Assembly (NCBI GenBank): GCA_023245355.1
Contig: JAHFKN010000001.1
Coordinates: 203,528 to 267,527 of the forward strand
From: Candidatus Gottesmanbacteria bacterium
Lineage (GTDB): Bacteria > Patescibacteriota > Microgenomatia > UBA10105 > UBA927
Direction of reading: 5' to 3'
Length of the DNA stretch: 64,000 nt
Below, piece by piece: positions 36,484-47,475 of the stretch. How positions within the stretch are numbered: the stretch's first letter is position 1; each line of letters begins with the position of its first letter. Position numbers and translations under genes: made by a program. The notes beneath the pieces are model-generated. The model did not search any database and was not told the origin of the DNA. It worked only from the letters and a program-made list of their open reading frames with translations.

Positions 36484-37566
36484 TTACAACGCGATAATCC
36501 AGACAATCAGCGCGCCGATTGTACCGTGAGACGCAATCAACCACCCCAATGGCATAGTATCAAGAAATCGGCTCGAGGCAAAATTCCAGCTGATGAGAAA
36601 ATAACTCAGTATGAGAAACCCCCTGGTGCGGCGCGGCATATGACTCATCCACAGCATGATATATGTCGGAATCAGCAGAACGAAATGGTGCTGCCAGGCG
36701 ATAGGTTCCATAAGCAGCAATGCCGGCATATACCTCCACATGCTTTCCCCAAATGGCCGTTGTTTTTTCCAACATGCATACCAGGTGATCAGGGCGACCG
36801 CGAGCGTTGCGGCGCCAAACACCCATACCGATGCAACACCGGCGCGTGAGAGTAATCCCGTAAGACTCTGGTTATAATAAATGCCTGCGTCGGTAAACCC
36901 CCGGGTTAACTGCGTGAGCCGTTGCACATAGACAGCATATGCCTCCGTACCCCAAAAAAAGAACGACAGCATACCCGATACAAAAAGTGCCCCGGCAGCT
37001 CCCAAAAGCACCCGCCACTGTTTGCAAAGCCCCATAACGGGCAATACCAATACCAATTCCGGCTTGAGCAACCAGGAAACGGCCATCATGACGCCCGACA
37101 TGATGCGGTATCTTTTGTGAGATGAAAGCAGCACCGATACGACGACAAACAGCAGCGCGATCAGGTTTACCTGCCCCATGCCCAACGTAAACTGCGTCGG
37201 AAACGAAAGATATGAAAGTACCGCAATAAGCATGAGCGCGCGCGGATGCGTTATGGCTTCTGACCGGGCGATCAATGCCACAATCAGAATCAAACTTACA
37301 AAGGACACCATCACCCATACCGCTTGGGCCACGCTAAACGGCAGGTAGTGTAACGGCGCGTACAGAAGCACTGATGGAGGCGGCAATAAATGGATAGGGC
37401 GCGCGACTCTGTCGGTTGCCTCCCCGGCCGCCTGGTAGTAGTACGCGAAATCGGGGGCAGAGGTTGTGATGATACGCCAGAGGGAATATGCGGCTTTTGC
37501 CAAAGCCAGCAGGATAACGACGGAAATTGCGGGGCTGTCTAGCCGCGATTTTGCTGGAGCTGCCAT
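36484..37566 (-). CDS. GT87-like membrane glycosyltransferase
   Basis: DFAYYY, LPPP, MGQVN, LKP, NQSL, WQHH. Confidence 0.8.
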   Translation of the reverse strand: MAAPAKSRLDSPAISVVILLALAKAAYSLWRIITTSAPDFAYYYQAAGEATDRVARPIHLLPPPSVLLYAPLHYLPFSVAQAVWVMVSFVSLILIVALIARSEAITHPRALMLIAVLSYLSFPTQFTLGMGQVNLIALLFVVVSVLLSSHKRYRIMSGVMMAVSWLLKPELVLVLPVMGLCKQWRVLLGAAGALFVSGMLSFFFWGTEAYAVYVQRLTQLTRGFTDAGIYYNQSLTGLLSRAGVASVWVFGAATLAVALITWYACWKKQRPFGESMWRYMPALLLMEPIAWQHHFVLLIPTYIMLWMSHMPRRTRGFLILSYFLISWNFASSRFLDTMPLGWLIASHGTIGALIVWIIAL

Positions 37567-38285
37567 AATTTTGCGCGTGTCAGAAACGAGTGGAAACTCA
37601 TCATGATCGCAATCGTGATACCCGGCATACCGTCCAGGAATCCGAGGCGCAGGATATAGTTCTGGAAAAATTTTCCGACAGGATACAACACGATCTGCAG
37701 CCAGGAGACACGCACTTTTTCTTCAAAAAGATATGCTGCATTGATCGAGGAATACGTATTTATGTCATCCAGAAAATGTGCGACGTTCGGATGGGGAGTA
37801 TGCCTGAGCGGATTGATAAGCGTTCCCACGACACCAGTCACATTCCATACTTCATGCACCGGGCGCTGCCACTGCCCTTTCCCCTTTTTGGCCAGCCGGA
37901 TAAGCCTGACGTTCTGCGTTTCTCCGTGAAGCAACGGTTTCCCCCACATCACATCCTGCCGTTTGAGATAAAATCCGTTCACGTCAACCTGCAGCACGGC
38001 TTCTTTCACTTCACGGGCAAGTGATTCCGGCACTTCTTCGTCGGAATCGACAAACAGCACCCACTCCCCGCGTGCTTTTGACAACCCGAAATTCCTCTGC
38101 GCGGCAAAATTCCCTCCGAGCTCCCGCTCATGCACCAACGCCCCGGACTTTTCGGCGATACTGTGCGTTTTGTCTTCGGAATGATCATCTATAACCAGCA
38201 CTTCGTCACAGAATTTGACGCTATCAAGCGTGGATGCGAGGGTATCTTCGTTATTATGCGTCAGAACAACCGCGGATATACCCAT
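37539..38285 (-). CDS. Glycosyltransferase family 2
   Basis: IDDHSEDKT, FAAQRNFGL, FVDSDE, VHE. Confidence 0.9.
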   Translation of the reverse strand: MGISAVVLTHNNEDTLASTLDSVKFCDEVLVIDDHSEDKTHSIAEKSGALVHERELGGNFAAQRNFGLSKARGEWVLFVDSDEEVPESLAREVKEAVLQVDVNGFYLKRQDVMWGKPLLHGETQNVRLIRLAKKGKGQWQRPVHEVWNVTGVVGTLINPLRHTPHPNVAHFLDDINTYSSINAAYLFEEKVRVSWLQIVLYPVGKFFQNYILRLGFLDGMPGITIAIMMSFHSFLTRAKLWQLQQNRG

Positions 38286-38313
38286 AGTGTGCATTCATTG
38301 TATCATACGCATA

Positions 38314-39444
38314 ATGGAACTCCGGCGTGCCGTACTCCTTATCGTTGTCATCTATATCCTCGGGTTTATGACTCACGCGTGGCATCTTCGGAAAACCGTG
38401 TACGGCGACGGCATATTTTACTATGCATGGCTGCGGTCCGTTGTGGTCGACCACGATATAAACTTTGCCGATGAGTATGCACGCGAGCAGGTAAACCAAC
38501 CCAAAACGGTTTACGGCCAGTACGGCAATAAATACAGCGTCGGACCCGCACTGTTATGGGCGCCTCTGTATGTCACAACCCATGCTATTGTCCGCGGGGA
38601 CGGCTGGGGTCTGCCGTATCAGCTTTCCGTGGGAATCATATCCGTGCTGTACGCACTTTCAGGACTCATATTACTTATCCGCCTGATTAAACTCCCTCCC
38701 CGCATTATGTCGCTTATCCTGCTTTTAACAGCCGGAGCGACGAACCTGCTTTTTTACGGAAGTCTGGATACCGTCAATTCCCACGCACTTTCGTTTTTTA
38801 CCGCCGTCGTGTATCTGCTGTTTATCTCCGCATCGAAAAAAAACTGGATTGCAATCGGCTTCGCCTTGGCACTCATCGCATCAGTGCGTCTTCAGGATCT
38901 CGTGTACATCATCGCCCTGATTCCTCTATGGAAACAGATACAGTGGCCCCGTCTGCTGCTCGGATTCTGGATAGGATTTACGCCCCAGATGTTGGCGTGG
39001 TCTCTGCTCTACGGCTCGCTTGTAAATCCGTATCTAGCCGGGGGAGAATCCTTTAACCTGCTGCGGCCGCATATCTTCGGCGTACTCATGAGCCTTCAGA
39101 GCGGACTCTTCCTGTGGACGCCGATTGTCGCCGTAGGAGTCGCCGGTCTATATCTGGCGCGTTCAGAGAATACAAAAAAACGCGTGAACATGCAGGTGCT
39201 CACCTACCTTTGTATCTTTTGCATACAGCTCTATCTGGTCGCAAGCTGGAGTACCTGGTGGCAGGGGGCCAGTGTCAGCGGACGGATGTTTGTGAGCATA
39301 CTGCCGCTTATTGCCGTAGGGTTGGGTGAAATCGTCCGCCGCATCTACATACACAAACTGCTCCGGAGCGTGCTGCCGCTTTTCGTACTTGGCATATGCG
39401 TGGTAAATGCGATGGGAATCTTTTACTACCTCTTCACCTACTGA
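38314..39444 (+). CDS. GT-C fold membrane glycosyltransferase-like protein
   Basis: GDGIFYYAWLRS..D.D, GLFLWTP, WWQGASVSGRM; multi-TM. Confidence 0.65.
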   Translation: MELRRAVLLIVVIYILGFMTHAWHLRKTVYGDGIFYYAWLRSVVVDHDINFADEYAREQVNQPKTVYGQYGNKYSVGPALLWAPLYVTTHAIVRGDGWGLPYQLSVGIISVLYALSGLILLIRLIKLPPRIMSLILLLTAGATNLLFYGSLDTVNSHALSFFTAVVYLLFISASKKNWIAIGFALALIASVRLQDLVYIIALIPLWKQIQWPRLLLGFWIGFTPQMLAWSLLYGSLVNPYLAGGESFNLLRPHIFGVLMSLQSGLFLWTPIVAVGVAGLYLARSENTKKRVNMQVLTYLCIFCIQLYLVASWSTWWQGASVSGRMFVSILPLIAVGLGEIVRRIYIHKLLRSVLPLFVLGICVVNAMGIFYYLFTY

Positions 39445-40588
39445 AAAGTACACGCTCATATACGCGTGCGACCGCCCGAGCTCCCACCCTGATATCGTGC
39501 CTGGAAACGGCCCGTTTGCGCGCGCGGGCAGCATACATACCGCGCTTTTTCGGAGTGATAAGAAAAGATATAATTTCCCGGGCGATTGCGTCAGGATCTG
39601 ACGGGGGGACTACGATTGCGGCGTCTCCCACGTTTTCCGGAATCCCTCCGCATCTGGTTGTAACTATCGGGAGTCCGCTGGCCTGCGCTTCCAGAAGCGC
39701 CATACCGTATTGCTCTTCCCACGTCTTTGTCGACGTGCTGGGAGCCAGGAATATGTCGGCCTCGCGATAGAGGCGGGGCATTTGATCATACGTAGCACTC
39801 TCCACGGTCGAGTGCCAATTTTTCCCGATTACCCTGTTTTGGTTTGCTAGTACCTGCTGCCACGGCCCGCTCCCGACAAACACCCACTGTATCCTGAAGC
39901 CCCTGCGCACTGCTTCGGAGATGATGTTTGGCGCCGCCGCCAAAATGTCCGGCACTCCTTTTTCGCTTACCAGCCGACCGCAAAAAAGGATAGTAAACAG
40001 CCGCCTCTTGGGGTCGGCTAGATGCGTAAGCCAGCCTTTCTCCGGCGCAAAGCGGGCAGTATCGATATGAGCCCCGATAACAGAAATCTTACGCGGGTCA
40101 GTACCCTCAGAAACCAGTGCGGCTTTCGCTTTTTCCGTCACGGCGATGATGTGGTCGAGTTCCCGGCGCGCACGCGCTTTGTACGCCAATCTGCCCCTGA
40201 TCCCCTCGTTGTTATGAGGAATCGTTTCCCACACGGTCGCAACTACACTTCTCACCCGCCCTCTCTTTTTGGCGTTGAGACACTGCTGGGTGTACCGGAA
40301 ATACGTTTCGGCTGTATGTACAAGATCAAATCCCCGGAGCGCATCCTCAAGCCCGTACAAATACTGCGCATCGGTCCACACCCTGTTTATAATCGGCATT
40401 TTGTACGGAACATCCGGCAGATCCATGGGACTCGGGAGCTTAATAACCGGGAATGCAAAGGCTTCATGCATCGGGGTAAGAGAACCGAACGCGGTAATCC
40501 GGTACCGGGATGTAAGCGGCTCAAACGTCTGCATCTCGTAGCGGTTTAAGAATTTTCCGCGGACAATCGCGACAGCGGGGAGTTTCAT
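39434..40588 (-). CDS. Glycosyltransferase family 4
   Basis: GRLVSEKG, EQYGMALLEAQASGLP. Confidence 0.9.
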   Translation of the reverse strand: MKLPAVAIVRGKFLNRYEMQTFEPLTSRYRITAFGSLTPMHEAFAFPVIKLPSPMDLPDVPYKMPIINRVWTDAQYLYGLEDALRGFDLVHTAETYFRYTQQCLNAKKRGRVRSVVATVWETIPHNNEGIRGRLAYKARARRELDHIIAVTEKAKAALVSEGTDPRKISVIGAHIDTARFAPEKGWLTHLADPKRRLFTILFCGRLVSEKGVPDILAAAPNIISEAVRRGFRIQWVFVGSGPWQQVLANQNRVIGKNWHSTVESATYDQMPRLYREADIFLAPSTSTKTWEEQYGMALLEAQASGLPIVTTRCGGIPENVGDAAIVVPPSDPDAIAREIISFLITPKKRGMYAARARKRAVSRHDIRVGARAVARVYERVLFSR

Positions 40589-41679
40589 GAGCGCCGGTAC
40601 CTGGTCATGACGTCATAGACAGTCTGAGCAAACGAACGCCACGCAAACTGTTTAGCGCGTGTAACTCCGTTTTGTATAAGCCGCGCTCTGAGTGACGCGT
40701 CCTGCGTGACGCGGCAAATCGCATCTGTCAGCGCCCGTTCGTTCCCCGGGTCTACCAGTATGCCGGCTGAGCCCACTACCTCCGGGTATGCGCCCGCCGT
40801 CGAACCGATCACCGGACATCCGCAGGCCATCGCCTCTACGACCGGCAATCCGAACCCTTCGATAAGCGAGACGGTAAGAAACGCTGATGCTCCGCGGTAA
40901 TATTCGGCGAGCGTATCGTCATCTACGAAACCGACGATTTTTACCCGTTTTGCCAACCCTAACGAATTGATCGTCGCGGATATCCCGGGATCCAGCCAAT
41001 AGTCGCTTCCGACCAGCAGAAAATCATACGCTTCTTTTTGCGTTGCCAAAAACGCCGCAAAGGCCCGGATCATCATCGGCACGTTCTTGCCCGGCTTGAG
41101 TGAACCGACGAAGAGAAAATACGGATTCGCATGCCGGTACTTTTTCCCCGTCCGGTGAAATTGCTTTTCCACGCCCAGGTAGGCGACGGTCAGCTTCTCT
41201 TTAGGTACATGGTATATACGCCGGATACTGTCTGCGGAAGATTGCGAAATGGTAATGATGTGATGCGATTTGCGGACAACGGCTCTGGTTTGACCAGAAA
41301 GGGTGAAATACGACTCGCGGTAAAACTCCGGGTGATCCAGGAATCCCACGTCATAAATGAACCCGATTTTCTTAACGTCGTACAATGTAAATGGTAATGA
41401 TTGGGATATACCCAGATACATATCGACCGGATTCGTTATGAGTTCCAGAGGTTGCCATATTTTTTGGAATCCGGGACGCGGCAACTGGATAAAGTCTACA
41501 TTTCGCTTCCGAAGCTCATGACTTCCCCTCTCTCCCCTGCTGAAGCTATAAATCCTATAGTCATTTTTCGCATCAATCGCCGGCAATTCTTTCACCAAAT
41601 TGTGCGCCACACGGTATACGCCGACTTTCAGCCGGTCATCGGTAATGGATAACGCTCCACCGTCTATCCCTACCTTCAT
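40585..41679 (-). CDS. Glycosyltransferase family 4
   Basis: GSLKPGKN, EGFGLPVVEAMACGCP. Confidence 0.9.
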   Translation of the reverse strand: MKVGIDGGALSITDDRLKVGVYRVAHNLVKELPAIDAKNDYRIYSFSRGERGSHELRKRNVDFIQLPRPGFQKIWQPLELITNPVDMYLGISQSLPFTLYDVKKIGFIYDVGFLDHPEFYRESYFTLSGQTRAVVRKSHHIITISQSSADSIRRIYHVPKEKLTVAYLGVEKQFHRTGKKYRHANPYFLFVGSLKPGKNVPMMIRAFAAFLATQKEAYDFLLVGSDYWLDPGISATINSLGLAKRVKIVGFVDDDTLAEYYRGASAFLTVSLIEGFGLPVVEAMACGCPVIGSTAGAYPEVVGSAGILVDPGNERALTDAICRVTQDASLRARLIQNGVTRAKQFAWRSFAQTVYDVMTRYRRS

Positions 41680-42446
41680 ACTCCCCTCCCCGTATATGCT
41701 CCGAAGCGCCGCAACGCGTAATCTCTGATTCCGGCCAGCGCTCCCTTTTCATGCCGCATGATATGTTCTGATATGGTTTTGGGCATACGGAAAAATTCAT
41801 AAAGTTTGACCGGCGTAGGGGCAAGCCGCTTCACGAACAGCAAATGATTGCGTGCCAGATAATACTGATGCAGCCGGGATCCTTTCCCGAGCGAGGCGGA
41901 CTCTTCGTGCTCTGCTTCTTCCATCGCAATTTTCGTGAGCGGGAATCCGGCGAGTTTGGCGCGGATACAGAAATCCGCATCCTCGTAATAAAGAAAATAC
42001 GGTTCGAAAAAGTATCCGATTTTACTGACCACTTTCTCATGAATAGCCAGACACGAACCGGTGAGGTAGTCCACGCGCTCAGACGGCAGCAGGGTCGTCC
42101 GCCTGCTGGCATCTAACCCCGCGCCGAACGGCCCGGCTATACAGGGAGAAAGGGTTTTACATGCCTTGAGCAGATTGTGTATCGACAACTTGGTAAACGA
42201 AATGTCCTGATTTAAAATCACAAACCACTTCACTCCCAAACCGCTGGCGTGATGAATCCCGATATTTGCCGCGGCCGCGTATCCCAGATTCCGGGTCTGG
42301 GAAAGCAGCGTCGCCCGCCCTACATCGTCGAGTGTGAGCGTGCTGCCGTTATCCACGATGATAACCGTGTGGTCTTTGAGCCGCAAAAGAAGCCGTCTGA
42401 ATGCTTCCATTTTGGGTTTATAGGCGATGATGATAAACGCAACCAT
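41676..42446 (-). CDS. Glycosyltransferase family 2 (rhamnosyltransferase-like)
   Basis: VDNGS, NLGYAAAAN, LNQD, FLYYEDADFC. Confidence 0.88.
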   Translation of the reverse strand: MVAFIIIAYKPKMEAFRRLLLRLKDHTVIIVDNGSTLTLDDVGRATLLSQTRNLGYAAAANIGIHHASGLGVKWFVILNQDISFTKLSIHNLLKACKTLSPCIAGPFGAGLDASRRTTLLPSERVDYLTGSCLAIHEKVVSKIGYFFEPYFLYYEDADFCIRAKLAGFPLTKIAMEEAEHEESASLGKGSRLHQYYLARNHLLFVKRLAPTPVKLYEFFRMPKTISEHIMRHEKGALAGIRDYALRRFGAYTGRGV

Positions 42447-42482
42447 ACCGTGTGTGCTGTGGCCTATTGTACCAAAATGCTC

Positions 42483-43517
42483 CTAATATAGTTTCCGGAG
42501 CGATCTGTAGAGCCACAAAGCACCAATGGGAACGAGAAAATACAGAGCAAGAAGCGGAAGTTCGATAAGGGTAAAGATGACGGCGTCCGGGTGGTAATAC
42601 GAAAACGACGTATAGGTAGGCGTGCCGCTGAGCGCACCCAAGACACCCAACACGGTTAAAAGAAACGTAAGCCACTGCATGATGGGCCAATGGGTACAAA
42701 GAAGAATCATAGAATATTTCCCAACATACACGAGTGCGTCGTGGATAAATCCGCTCAGGCCGGCCATACCCTTTGCCGCGCGGATAACGAGAATGCTTCC
42801 CGTCAGCGCCGTAATCCAGTACACCGCGGGCTGATGAAATACCCGGCCGAATATATCTACCGTTCCGTTATACCAGACGAGAGCCATGAATCCGCCGGCG
42901 AGCATATACCATGCAAGTTTCGGCACCTGTTCCCAACGAGTGGCAGAAAGCCACGAACCCATGACCATACAGGCGGCAAACAGAAACGCAAGATCGTATG
43001 AGAACACGAGTTTGGTGCCGGACGGATTGATCATAAACGACACGACCACAAGCACGTGAGCGGTGAAAAGTAGACCGAGCTTGTTTATCGGAAGAATAAG
43101 CCGGCGCACGATGGCAAACATAATGGCAGCCAGGAAAAACGACGGCAAAAACCACAGCGGACCGTTGTAGATGAGCCCGGTTCCGGTTGCAAACTGATGT
43201 AAACCTTCCTGCCAGGAAGCAAACAGCACACTTCCCGGCGCATACATGCGCAGCACCAGCCACAGAGCGTACGTAGATAGCCCGTACAGCAGGTACGGCA
43301 CAAGCAGTGAACGAATCCGACGCAGCAGTACCTGCCCCGGCGAGTAGTTGCCGCCAGCAATCATCCCGTGAAGCACGGCAAATACGGGCAGCATCCACGG
43401 CGTGATAAGCGGGAGCAATTGGTGCTGAAAAGGCAGGAATCCCGTGTGGTAGGCGATGACGGAGAGGATAGCGATACCCCGGGCGATATCTACGTAGTCT
43501 ATGCGCTTAGGGTTCAT
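42483..43517 (-). CDS. Acyltransferase family 3
   Basis: YVDIARGIAILSVIAYH, LLVPY, PLWFL. Confidence 0.85.
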   Translation of the reverse strand: MNPKRIDYVDIARGIAILSVIAYHTGFLPFQHQLLPLITPWMLPVFAVLHGMIAGGNYSPGQVLLRRIRSLLVPYLLYGLSTYALWLVLRMYAPGSVLFASWQEGLHQFATGTGLIYNGPLWFLPSFFLAAIMFAIVRRLILPINKLGLLFTAHVLVVVSFMINPSGTKLVFSYDLAFLFAACMVMGSWLSATRWEQVPKLAWYMLAGGFMALVWYNGTVDIFGRVFHQPAVYWITALTGSILVIRAAKGMAGLSGFIHDALVYVGKYSMILLCTHWPIMQWLTFLLTVLGVLGALSGTPTYTSFSYYHPDAVIFTLIELPLLALYFLVPIGALWLYRSLRKLY

Positions 43518-44220
43518 TGATGGTACTAACCCCTATTATATACCGATACAGGAGCAACCAGTACATAAGCGACTCCATGTAGCCGAAACAGAAAGCTATG
43601 AGGATTCCCCGCCACCCGTCGCGCCAGCCTTCGTCTTTGATCACCCGCGCCCACACCATGTGGGGGCCATACAGAAAGAGCTTTTTGAGGGTTACTTTTT
43701 CGCGGGCTTTATACTTCTCCCCCGCCATCTGCCACGCATATTTGGTAAATTTTGTGAGAACAATTAGTAGGTTACTATAAGAATAGTGATGAATAACACC
43801 CTTTAATTTTCCAATTTCCCCTTCAATTTCAGGATGCTCATGGATAGACACGGGAGTAAAAGCTCCATACTCCTTTCTAAAAAGCTGTTTTCGCGAATAG
43901 CGCTCACCACCAAAATGCACTGGTTTTCCAAATATATAATTTTGATATGAAATTTCATAACCATGTATATTATCGAGCGGATGACTAATTATATTTTTAA
44001 TTTCAGTTACTAACTCAGGCGAGACAACTTCATCGGTATCCAATATGAATACCCACTCATAAGCGGCACAGTTTATAAGCCGATTTTTTCGAGCCCCCAA
44101 CGGCGCTATTCCATCACTTGATATACCAACTAATATCTGTGGCGACAGATCTTGAACACTATTAACAGTTTTAGCTAAGTATTTATCTACTTGTCGACAA
44201 ACAATAAGCACAGAAAGCAT
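43507..44220 (-). CDS. Glycosyltransferase family 2
   Basis: WVFILDTDE, IHE, GWRDGWRG; paralogue of 37539..38285. Confidence 0.85.
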   Translation of the reverse strand: MLSVLIVCRQVDKYLAKTVNSVQDLSPQILVGISSDGIAPLGARKNRLINCAAYEWVFILDTDEVVSPELVTEIKNIISHPLDNIHGYEISYQNYIFGKPVHFGGERYSRKQLFRKEYGAFTPVSIHEHPEIEGEIGKLKGVIHHYSYSNLLIVLTKFTKYAWQMAGEKYKAREKVTLKKLFLYGPHMVWARVIKDEGWRDGWRGILIAFCFGYMESLMYWLLLYRYIIGVSTINEP

Positions 44221-44227
44221 ATTTAGT

Positions 44228-45073
44228 TTATTTTCTTGCTACTACCACTATTAAACCGCCTCGATTTGTTAACCACCCTATCCATTCAGATATAAGAAAC
44301 AAAGGAATCAAAAAAATATAGATAAGCTTTAATAAATAATTACTGGAGAATTTTCCTTTTATATTTGACATGTAATCTAAACGATCCTCATAAGTATAAC
44401 TTTCTTGAATAGTAAAACCATTTGTCTTCAAATACTTGATTAAATATAAATATGAAAAATGCAAAACATGATCAGGAATACACCACCAATCCCAATAGTT
44501 ACCGGTAATCATAGCCATAATACTTTTATAATTTGGGGCTTGAACAAAAAGAAGTCCACCTGGCTTTAAAACTCTCTTAAGCTCATCAATATTCTTTGCC
44601 AATCTTGCATCATGTTCTAGCACATCATAACAAGTGACAACATCAAAACAATTATCTTTAAAGGGAATGTTGCATAATTCCCCGTCTCTAATCTCCAACC
44701 CCGTATTTTTAATCGCCTCTTTCCTAAGAATATTACTGGGTTCAACTCCAAATACACTCCATGACGAATACTGTTTTGTTAAATACTTAAGAAAGTATCC
44801 TGTACCACAACCTATATCCAATAATTTCTTCCCCGAACTGTATCGCTCTATAAGTGCCATGTGTCGAGCAAAACGTTGATTTAGCTTCGACCATGCATTT
44901 TTATATTCTTGTGCGTAGCGCACAGAATACTTTTTTTGAACATACTTAAACCGCTCTGATTCACTCGTTTTTGTCTGCAGTAAACCACATTTTACACATT
45001 GGATTAGCGCAAACCCACTTATATATCGATAGCTAATAAATTTATTAGTTAAGCAAGAGGCGCAGCGAAACAT
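44228..45073 (-). CDS. Class I SAM-dependent methyltransferase with N-terminal Zn ribbon (AT-rich)
   Basis: CxxC..CxxC, LLDIGCGTG, DVLEH, PDHVLHFS. Confidence 0.85.
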   Translation of the reverse strand: MFRCASCLTNKFISYRYISGFALIQCVKCGLLQTKTSESERFKYVQKKYSVRYAQEYKNAWSKLNQRFARHMALIERYSSGKKLLDIGCGTGYFLKYLTKQYSSWSVFGVEPSNILRKEAIKNTGLEIRDGELCNIPFKDNCFDVVTCYDVLEHDARLAKNIDELKRVLKPGGLLFVQAPNYKSIMAMITGNYWDWWCIPDHVLHFSYLYLIKYLKTNGFTIQESYTYEDRLDYMSNIKGKFSSNYLLKLIYIFLIPLFLISEWIGWLTNRGGLIVVVARK

Positions 45074-45172
45074 GTTGGTAGTGTAGCATATTTAATTTTT
45101 GTGAGACGTTATACATACAAAAACTTAATGAGGGTATATTGTCTAAATAATTTAGACCCGCAGGAGAATTGT

Positions 45173-47134
45173 GTGAAAAGGAACCTGTCTATTCTGTTGG
45201 TTTTGTTGACCTTTTGTGCTATTTTATTTTTTCCTCCCTCAATTAGGGCTATTTTACTTTTTATTGATTCATTTTCAGGTGGGTTTAACTCTTCCTGGTA
45301 TGTGCCAGCAGGAGCAGTCGCCCCTATATCTTCTTCATTTGGAATCACAGGTGCCGATTCCACAACTTGGAGTGTGATCCAGCTTCCAATAACAGAAAAT
45401 TATACTTATCAACTTCAATTTGATCTTAAAGTTAATCAAGAAAATACTTCTAACGCTTGGGGTGTTGGCATTTCAAATAACTTAGGTGCGTGGAAATTTG
45501 CTGGAAATTGGGGTCAACTATTACAAATACACGACTCAAGCGGAAGTGATAAATTAGTTAATTGGACGCAATCCCCTGGTATTCATCACTTTGAAGTGAT
45601 CGTGTCTCCAATTGGAAATACTCCATTCATTGTTAAAGAGGACGGTAACCTATTATATGAACTTAATTCTATTGCAAATTTCAACATCTCCTCTATAGTT
45701 GTGTCCATATTGGGTAAAGGAGATTATGAAATGGCAAATTTCGCTTTATCAACATATGAGTCGCCCACGCCAACCCCGACTATGGAACCAACAATTACAC
45801 CGACGCCTACCCCTCCAAATACTCCTACCCCTACTCCCACACCAAATCTAGCTAAAAAAGTTATTGTTCTTCACGGAGTCGGTGGCAGTTGGAATAAAGA
45901 CGCCATGATGAATTGCAAATCAGCAAACTACTCTGGATCTTGGTCTCCATGGAAAATTTCTAACTGGGATGTGTATGAACCACTAATTAACGGCCTTACT
46001 GACGCGGGTTATGAGCCGATACCATATTATTATGACTGGCGGCAGCAGGTGACAACTTCAGCATCAGAACTGGAAATATATATCCAAAATACTATTCCAA
46101 ATGATCAGACCTTTAACCTAGTGGGTCATAGTCTAGGCGGGCTAGTAGGAAGAGCATATTTAGAAAAAACAAAAATGAGCAGCAGACTAAATAAATTTAT
46201 GACAGTCGGATCATCTCATCAGGGATCGGTTTTCGCATATCCCGCATGGTCTGGTGGTGATATATGGATATCTGATCCAAAATTCCAAATCGGATTCACA
46301 CTTATGAAAGCCCTATGCAGTTCACGACGTAACTGGACCCCATTACAAGCAATACATAATGCATTTCCTTCTATTCAAAATCTATTACCAACATTTGATT
46401 ACCTAAAAGATTCTTTAGGAATACTAAAGCCTGAGTCCTCGATGGTTACACAAAATAACTGGCTACCTACCAACACTTTTAACCCTCCATTTTATGGAGT
46501 AACTGTCGGCTCTCTTTCCGGAAGTGGATATCAAACTCTACAGACACTTGAAGTTAAACCTCCAAGCCGAATCGACAAACGTATCGGTAACTGGTTAGAT
46601 GGAAAACCAACAGAGAACAAAACATATTCAGACGGCGATGGAACTGTATTAACTGAAAGCAGTCTTCTTCCTGGTGCCCAAAACACATTCCTCTCACTCA
46701 AACACGACGCCCTTATCTATGATCAGCAAGGGGTTGCAACTATACTCAATTTTCTTAATGGCAATGACTCTCTACGCGCGGCAGCCATAAACACTAACAA
46801 CAATGGTTTTTCTATAAAGCCATCTACAGGAATAAGCGCATTAGTCATAATAATAGACGGCGGGCGAGCTATTTTGACTGATAATGTTACCTCATTTGAG
46901 GATACGGAAGGTCAGATAACCTTGCTCAATCCACAAAATAATTCATACAAACTTACCGTAACTCCAGACAGTATTTTGCGCGGAAAAGCAAAATATAAAA
47001 TTATTGTCTTACAGTTATTTGAAGACGGCACATCTAAATTAAAGGAATATGAACGTCATGGGCTTTTTAAAAAGCATCTCAGACTTCGCTTCGATCGAGC
47101 AGGAAAAAATGAGGATATCCTTTATGACGACTAA
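45173..47134 (+). CDS. Secreted alpha/beta hydrolase (PGAP1/LCAT-like lipase) with N-terminal beta domain and PT linker (AT-rich)
   Basis: LHGVGGS, YYYDWR, VGHSLGG, DGDGTV; GTG start after AGGAG. Confidence 0.8.
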   Translation: MKRNLSILLVLLTFCAILFFPPSIRAILLFIDSFSGGFNSSWYVPAGAVAPISSSFGITGADSTTWSVIQLPITENYTYQLQFDLKVNQENTSNAWGVGISNNLGAWKFAGNWGQLLQIHDSSGSDKLVNWTQSPGIHHFEVIVSPIGNTPFIVKEDGNLLYELNSIANFNISSIVVSILGKGDYEMANFALSTYESPTPTPTMEPTITPTPTPPNTPTPTPTPNLAKKVIVLHGVGGSWNKDAMMNCKSANYSGSWSPWKISNWDVYEPLINGLTDAGYEPIPYYYDWRQQVTTSASELEIYIQNTIPNDQTFNLVGHSLGGLVGRAYLEKTKMSSRLNKFMTVGSSHQGSVFAYPAWSGGDIWISDPKFQIGFTLMKALCSSRRNWTPLQAIHNAFPSIQNLLPTFDYLKDSLGILKPESSMVTQNNWLPTNTFNPPFYGVTVGSLSGSGYQTLQTLEVKPPSRIDKRIGNWLDGKPTENKTYSDGDGTVLTESSLLPGAQNTFLSLKHDALIYDQQGVATILNFLNGNDSLRAAAINTNNNGFSIKPSTGISALVIIIDGGRAILTDNVTSFEDTEGQITLLNPQNNSYKLTVTPDSILRGKAKYKIIVLQLFEDGTSKLKEYERHGLFKKHLRLRFDRAGKNEDILYDD

Positions 47135-47251
47135 CTTCAATTCCGTCGCGTACTGTTTTAAACGCTTACTATTCTCACCCTCCTCTTGATCTTCCAAATC
47201 ACTCCTGTATAATCCGTATAAATTATCTGCCCGCATGAAGGAGGAACGTCT

Positions 47252-47473
47252 ATGAAAGGTATACGCATCAAACAGCAGCCGGGCATGGTCCGGGCAGCCG
47301 GCCGCAAACGCCACAACCGCGCGCTCCGTGAAGAACAGCTGGCAGGAGAAGCCATGCGGCTTGGTATCACGGTCCGTGAACACAAACAGAACCAATACGA
47401 AGAAGTACAGGAGATCAGGAAGCACCCGCCGCTTACTCCTGATTGGGTAAACCCCTGGGCAACGCGGAGATAA
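47252..47473 (+). CDS. Small hypothetical protein
   Basis: AAGGAGGA SD and upstream TATAAT. Confidence 0.55.
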   Translation: MKGIRIKQQPGMVRAAGRKRHNRALREEQLAGEAMRLGITVREHKQNQYEEVQEIRKHPPLTPDWVNPWATRR

Positions 47474-47475
47474 TA

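Noticed and set aside
45760-45845. C/A-rich low-complexity repeat
   Set aside because: It encodes an ordinary Pro-Thr linker in the secreted lipase.
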